Origin: a virus
Taxonomy: Duplodnaviria; Caudoviricetes
DNA length: 64,000 nucleotides
Direction: 5' to 3' (one strand)
IMG/VR virus record: IMGVR_UViG_3300033146_001059
Span: 2,190 to 66,189 of that record
This document shows, piece after piece, positions 61,263 through 64,000 of the stretch (position 1 is the stretch's first letter; the number at the start of each line of letters is the position of its first letter). The notes under the pieces are model-generated. The model did no database searches, was not told the origin of the DNA, and saw only the letters and a program-made list of their open reading frames with translations. The position numbers and the translations under genes were made by a program.

Positions 61263-61667
61263 ATGGTAATGAATAGAGATGAAATAATGAAGGAAGCGCT
61301 GAAGAGTGCAGATCCTATAAAGAAAGGGCTATATAAAATGCTCGCAAGTGAGATGGATCGTGGATTTGATGATCCTAAAGTTACATTCCTAAGTGTTGTG
61401 AAGAAAATGATTAAGAGTACCAAACTAGTACATCAAGATGATGTTACTCGTTATGAACTTAAACTTCTTCATAACCTTATGCCTAAACCAATTGACCTTA
61501 AGAAAGAATTTAAATGGTATATGGGTAACGCTTTAGCTGATAAATCTATTGGAGGAGTTATGAAATACTTCAAAGAAGAGTTTGATGGTAGATATGAAGC
61601 TAAAGATTTGTCTATTATGGCAAGAACTGAATTTAGAAAAGATTTACCTAAAACTAAGGGCGTATGA
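61263..61667 (+). CDS. GatB/YqeY domain protein
   Basis: MKEALKS.D..K...L, E..LL..LMPK, IGGVMKY.KE.F.GRY. Confidence 0.7.
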   Translation: MVMNRDEIMKEALKSADPIKKGLYKMLASEMDRGFDDPKVTFLSVVKKMIKSTKLVHQDDVTRYELKLLHNLMPKPIDLKKEFKWYMGNALADKSIGGVMKYFKEEFDGRYEAKDLSIMARTEFRKDLPKTKGV

Positions 61668-61942
61668 GTTTCGCACAAACAGTACTAGTGACAAGGTGCG
61701 CTTTTTGTGAATTCTTTGACCCAATAAATGATGAATGTTCAGGGGTTGAAGGTTACATGGCAGTAGACCCTGAGTATATTCATGCTGATTGTCCAGAAGA
61801 TAATAAACCTGAAAATATTAGTGTAATAACTGAACATCCTGTATCTATTAAAGATGCGCACAAGGCTCCTTATATTACAGGTGAAGATATTAAAAATTTA
61901 GACGGTGCATTAGGGCAAGGAGGCCCATTCAGATGGGGTTAA
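61664..61942 (+). CDS. Small Cys-containing (Zn-finger-like) protein
   Basis: CAFC..C..CP. Confidence 0.5.
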   Translation: MSFAQTVLVTRCAFCEFFDPINDECSGVEGYMAVDPEYIHADCPEDNKPENISVITEHPVSIKDAHKAPYITGEDIKNLDGALGQGGPFRWG

Positions 61943-62107
61943 ATTTAAATTCTATATTAATGAGGCAATCTTTTGAGCAGATAAAAATTATTTTTAATGA
62001 CAATCTGGAGAGGCAAGAATACATAACAGATCATGTGGATGCGTTGGCACAGTTTTTACTTGCTGATTCTAAGGAGGTTGTAAAAAAGAAATAATTTTCT
62101 TATTATG

Positions 62108-62138
62108 TTTGTTACTTTGTAAATTTTTAGTATCTTTA
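62108..62138 (+). promoter_or_regulatory. Bacteroidota-type promoter candidate upstream of the RNA cluster
   Basis: TTTG-19nt-TATCTTTA, one mismatch to the -33 TTTG / -7 TAnnTTTG consensus. Confidence 0.45.
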
Positions 62139-62223
62139 CACCAGTAAAAGAGAAGATATTTGACATCACCGAGCTAAACACTCGTAAAAAGTTTAATTAA
62201 TAAAGAAAAATTAGTAAAATATA

Positions 62224-62308
62224 GTACCTCTTAGAAGCGTAAAAACTTCATCTTTAACCAGGTTGTGTGAAAATACGACTAGGATAATTTAAAAGTAATT
62301 AGAGGTAC
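62224..62308 (+). ncRNA. UAGAA-stem element 2 (no tRNA mimic)
   Basis: GTACCTCT-TAGAAG...AATT-AGAGGTAC; internal GGTTGTGT-GAAA-ATACGACT hairpin. Confidence 0.65.
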
Positions 62309-62335
62309 AATATGGCCGTTTAATTGCGGCCACCA

Positions 62336-62410
62336 GGCGCTGTCGTCTAATTGGCCTAGGACACCACCCTTTCACGGTGGCAGATGCGAGTTCGAACCTC
62401 GTCGGCGTCA
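62336..62410 (+). tRNA. tRNA-Glu(TTC)
   Basis: Full cloverleaf; CCACC-CTTTCAC-GGTGG; TTCGAAC; no encoded CCA. Confidence 0.9.
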
Positions 62411-62525
62411 CTTTTCTTATTAAAACTTGTTGGTTCGAATTTTATATCGTATATTGCGGTATGAGGGAAGACATACAAAGAAATAAGTGAGATTACTGGA
62501 GCAGCTAAAAGTAAATTTAGTCTCA

Positions 62526-62612
62526 AATCTAGTCTATTTATGTAGAAATCATCATTGGTTATTTGACCATAATAGGTTAGATAAAGAAAGTATAAAAAAC
62601 ATTAAAAATAAA
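62526..62612 (+). pseudogene. HNH endonuclease C-terminal remnant
   Basis: NLVYLCRNHHWLFDH with no intact start. Confidence 0.55.
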
Positions 62613-62731
62613 AGCATCACTTAGAAACATTTACATTCGTAAATTTAGCTCAGTTGGTAGAGCATTTGAATCATAATCAAAAGGCCAAGGGTTCAACTCC
62701 CTTATCTTACAACAGAAAATTAGTGATGCTT
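62612..62731 (+). ncRNA. UAGAA-stem element 3 enclosing a degenerate tRNA(CAT) at 62639-62711
   Basis: AAGCATCACT-TAGAAA...AATT-AGTGATGCTT; inner D, anticodon and T arms intact, acceptor stem has 2 mismatches. Confidence 0.7.
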
Positions 62732-62739
62732 AAACTTAT

Positions 62740-62813
62740 TGTGAGATAGAGCAGATGGCCAGCTCGCGAGGCTCATAACCTCGAGGTCGGGGGTTCGAAT
62801 CCCCCTCTCGCTA
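62740..62813 (+). tRNA. tRNA-Met(CAT), initiator type
   Basis: 1:72 mismatch, A11:U24, CGAGG-CTCATAA-CCTCG. Confidence 0.85.
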
Positions 62814-62889
62814 CTATCAGGTCCCTTTGAAGCTAGGGTTTATGGAACAGGCTAAATAAAAGCCTATAATACCTGTTCGCCTGTAACCT

Positions 62890-62962
62890 TGTGATATAGC
62901 TCAGTTGGTAGAGCATCTCCTTCATGCGGAAAAAGTCATCGGTTCGAGTCCGATTATCGCTA
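62890..62962 (+). tRNA. tRNA-Met(CAT), elongator-like (Ile2 not excluded)
   Basis: Cloverleaf, loop TTCATGC; one anticodon-stem mismatch and a U1:U72 mismatch. Confidence 0.7.
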
Positions 62963-62970
62963 CTAAAACA

Positions 62971-63175
62971 AGACCAGATGGCTGGAGAAATACTATTACG
63001 AAAGGTATTTGAGATAAAGATTGATTTTTGCGGATTGATCGCAGGCTCATTACGCTTACTAATTACTACAGTATGGTAAAGCACATGGAGCCGCAACTCC
63101 ACGGTCATAGATAAACGAGAATTAACGTTGTTCAAATTTATTTATGTTGGGTGGTTCGAATCCCCCTCAGGTCAC
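62971..63175 (+). ncRNA. Expanded tRNA-like RNA (Cys-like fragments)
   Basis: GACCAGA/TCAGGTC ends, TGGAG-CCGCAA-CTCCA arm, TTCGAATCC T-arm, separated by long inserts. Confidence 0.4.
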
Positions 63176-63186
63176 AATTATTAAAT

Positions 63187-63296
63187 GGGAACTTTTATAA
63201 GTTAGAGATATTATGTGTCTCTTAGAAAAATTTAAAAACTATGGTTAAGACTATTCCGTGAGGAAAGGTTGTCAGGTTCAAATCCTGAAGTTCCCG
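63187..63296 (+). ncRNA. UAGAA-stem element 4: tRNA-like RNA with the module inserted as a hairpin
   Basis: GGGAACT/AGTTCCC acceptor; TT-AGAGATAT-tat-GTGTCTCT-TAGAAAA insert; TCAGG-TTCAAAT-CCTGA T-arm. Confidence 0.65.
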
Positions 63297-63300
63297 CAAA

Positions 63301-63419
63301 AAATCCCCCTTAGAAAACTTTCAATCAGATTTTGTAAATCCGAGATTGTAGGTTCGAATCCTATGTTATCGTTAGATAATTAGCTAAACTGGATATAGCG
63401 CGTAATTTTAGGGGGATTT
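63301..63419 (+). ncRNA. UAGAA-stem element 5 enclosing a circularly permuted tRNA-Thr(TGT) mimic
   Basis: AAATCCCCCT-TAGAAAA...AATTTT-AGGGGGATTT; order anticodon arm, T-arm, closed acceptor, D-arm. Confidence 0.75.
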
Positions 63420-63428
63420 AAATTATTG

Positions 63429-63634
63429 AATAGTAAATGGCGGAATAGGTAGACGCTAACAGAGGTATAGGATCACTCCAATTATAAGGGCCCCTCTATA
63501 ATTATAATAAATTATGATCTATGTAAAGTGACTATACTAGTGACAAAAGCCCTTAGTGGATGAGCCTACGGGCAATAATGACAACATGACGAGTAATTCA
63601 AGCTCGAATCTAGTCAAATCTTTACTTTACTATT
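63429..63634 (+). ncRNA. Expanded tRNA-Leu-like RNA
   Basis: AATAGTAAA/TTTACTATT ends, Leu-type D-arm GCGGAATAGGTAGACGC, T-stem GTAAAG/CTTTAC with a large structured insert. Confidence 0.5.
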
Positions 63635-63644
63635 TAAATTATTT

Positions 63645-63717
63645 GGGGCTGAAGCTCTACTGGCTGAGCACTTCGCTTGCACCGAAGAGGTTGCGGGATC
63701 GTACCCCGTCAGCTCCA
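63645..63717 (+). tRNA. tRNA-Ala(TGC)
   Basis: GGGGCTG/CAGCTCC with G3.U70; CTTCG-CTTGCAC-CGAAG; atypical T-loop ATCGTAC. Confidence 0.85.
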
Positions 63718-63721
63718 CAAA

Positions 63722-63846
63722 TACCTCTCTTAGAAAAATTCAAAAACATGTAAAGACAGATAAAAGCCCTTGTGGCACATAAGTCCGTTAGGTTCGAATC
63801 CTTCACCCTTGGTGTAAATTGGTTTTTGAGGACAAATAGAGAGGTA
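63722..63846 (+). ncRNA. UAGAA-stem element 6 enclosing a permuted tRNA mimic
   Basis: TACCTCTCT-TAGAAAA...AAT-AGAGAGGTA; TCAAAAAC/GTTTTTGA; T-arm AGG-TTCGAAT-CCT then closed acceptor CACC-ctt-GGTG. Confidence 0.7.
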
Positions 63847-63851
63847 AATTT

Positions 63852-63973
63852 GGCGAGATTAAAATGTTGGAACACTAGTGAGGTTTTCATTTCGTCTCAC
63901 TTAGAAAACTTTAAATTTATACAAAACAAAATGTGAATTTGAATAACGGAGGTTCGAATCCTTCCTCTCGCCA
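63852..63973 (+). ncRNA. UAGAA-stem element 7: tRNA-like RNA with the module inserted as a hairpin
   Basis: GGCGAGA/TCTCGCC-A acceptor; CT-AGTGAGG...TCTCACT-TAGAAAA insert; GGAGG-TTCGAAT-CCTTC T-arm. Confidence 0.7.
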
Positions 63974-64000
63974 CTAAAGCCTCCCTCGATTTCATGACTG

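Noticed and set aside
62818-62885. HDV-like (theta) ribozyme downstream of tRNA-fMet
   Set aside because: Hairpins are present (CCCT/AGGG, GAACAGG/CCTGTTC) but I could not build the nested double pseudoknot
63535-63615. Hammerhead ribozyme in the T-loop insert
   Set aside because: GGATGAG and ATGA..CTCGAA only partly resemble the CUGANGA/GAAA core; the required core is absent
62833-63890. ORFs at 62833-63135, 63556-63753 and 63657-63890
   Set aside because: Overlap tRNA and ncRNA genes and have no protein-like features
1-64000. Stop-codon reassignment (TAG or TGA), known in some crAss-like phages
   Set aside because: Core genes are long and intact in the standard code, TAG and TGA both end genes, and no suppressor tRNA is visible in the window

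Overview
A 64 kb, AT-rich segment of a large crAss-like (Crassvirales-type) podophage, most likely infecting Bacteroidota. Bases 1 to ~38.4 kb are a minus-strand late/structural arm: tail fibres, tail stabilisation/muzzle protein, IHF-like pair, ring proteins, ferritin-like protein, three paralogous accessory capsid-like proteins, MCP, scaffold, portal, double-domain GroES, TerL, putative capsid cargo proteins including an amidase, PD-(D/E)XK and GIY-YIG nucleases, and a wHTH protein. An iteron-bearing strand switch lies at ~38.5 kb. The plus-strand arm holds many small genes (radical SAM, PID-CTERM-like peptide, metallophosphoesterase, nucleotidyltransferase, YqeY) and an unusually rich set of RNA genes. 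The most notable findings: (1) seven ncRNA elements share a stem-CU/UAGAA...U/AG-stem module whose stem sequence varies with pairing retained; five are fused to whole, circularly permuted or interrupted tRNA mimics, a Y-RNA/YrlA-like architecture; (2) a circularly permuted (two-piece) tmRNA; (3) tRNA-like RNAs with large loop insertions; (4) a C-terminal GG(I/L/V)LYK tag shared by five unrelated or paralogous putative cargo ORFs, once encoded through a G11 tract; (5) a covarying pseudoknot upstream of two capsid-protein paralogues. All calls come from reading the sequence by eye; no searches or folding programs were run.
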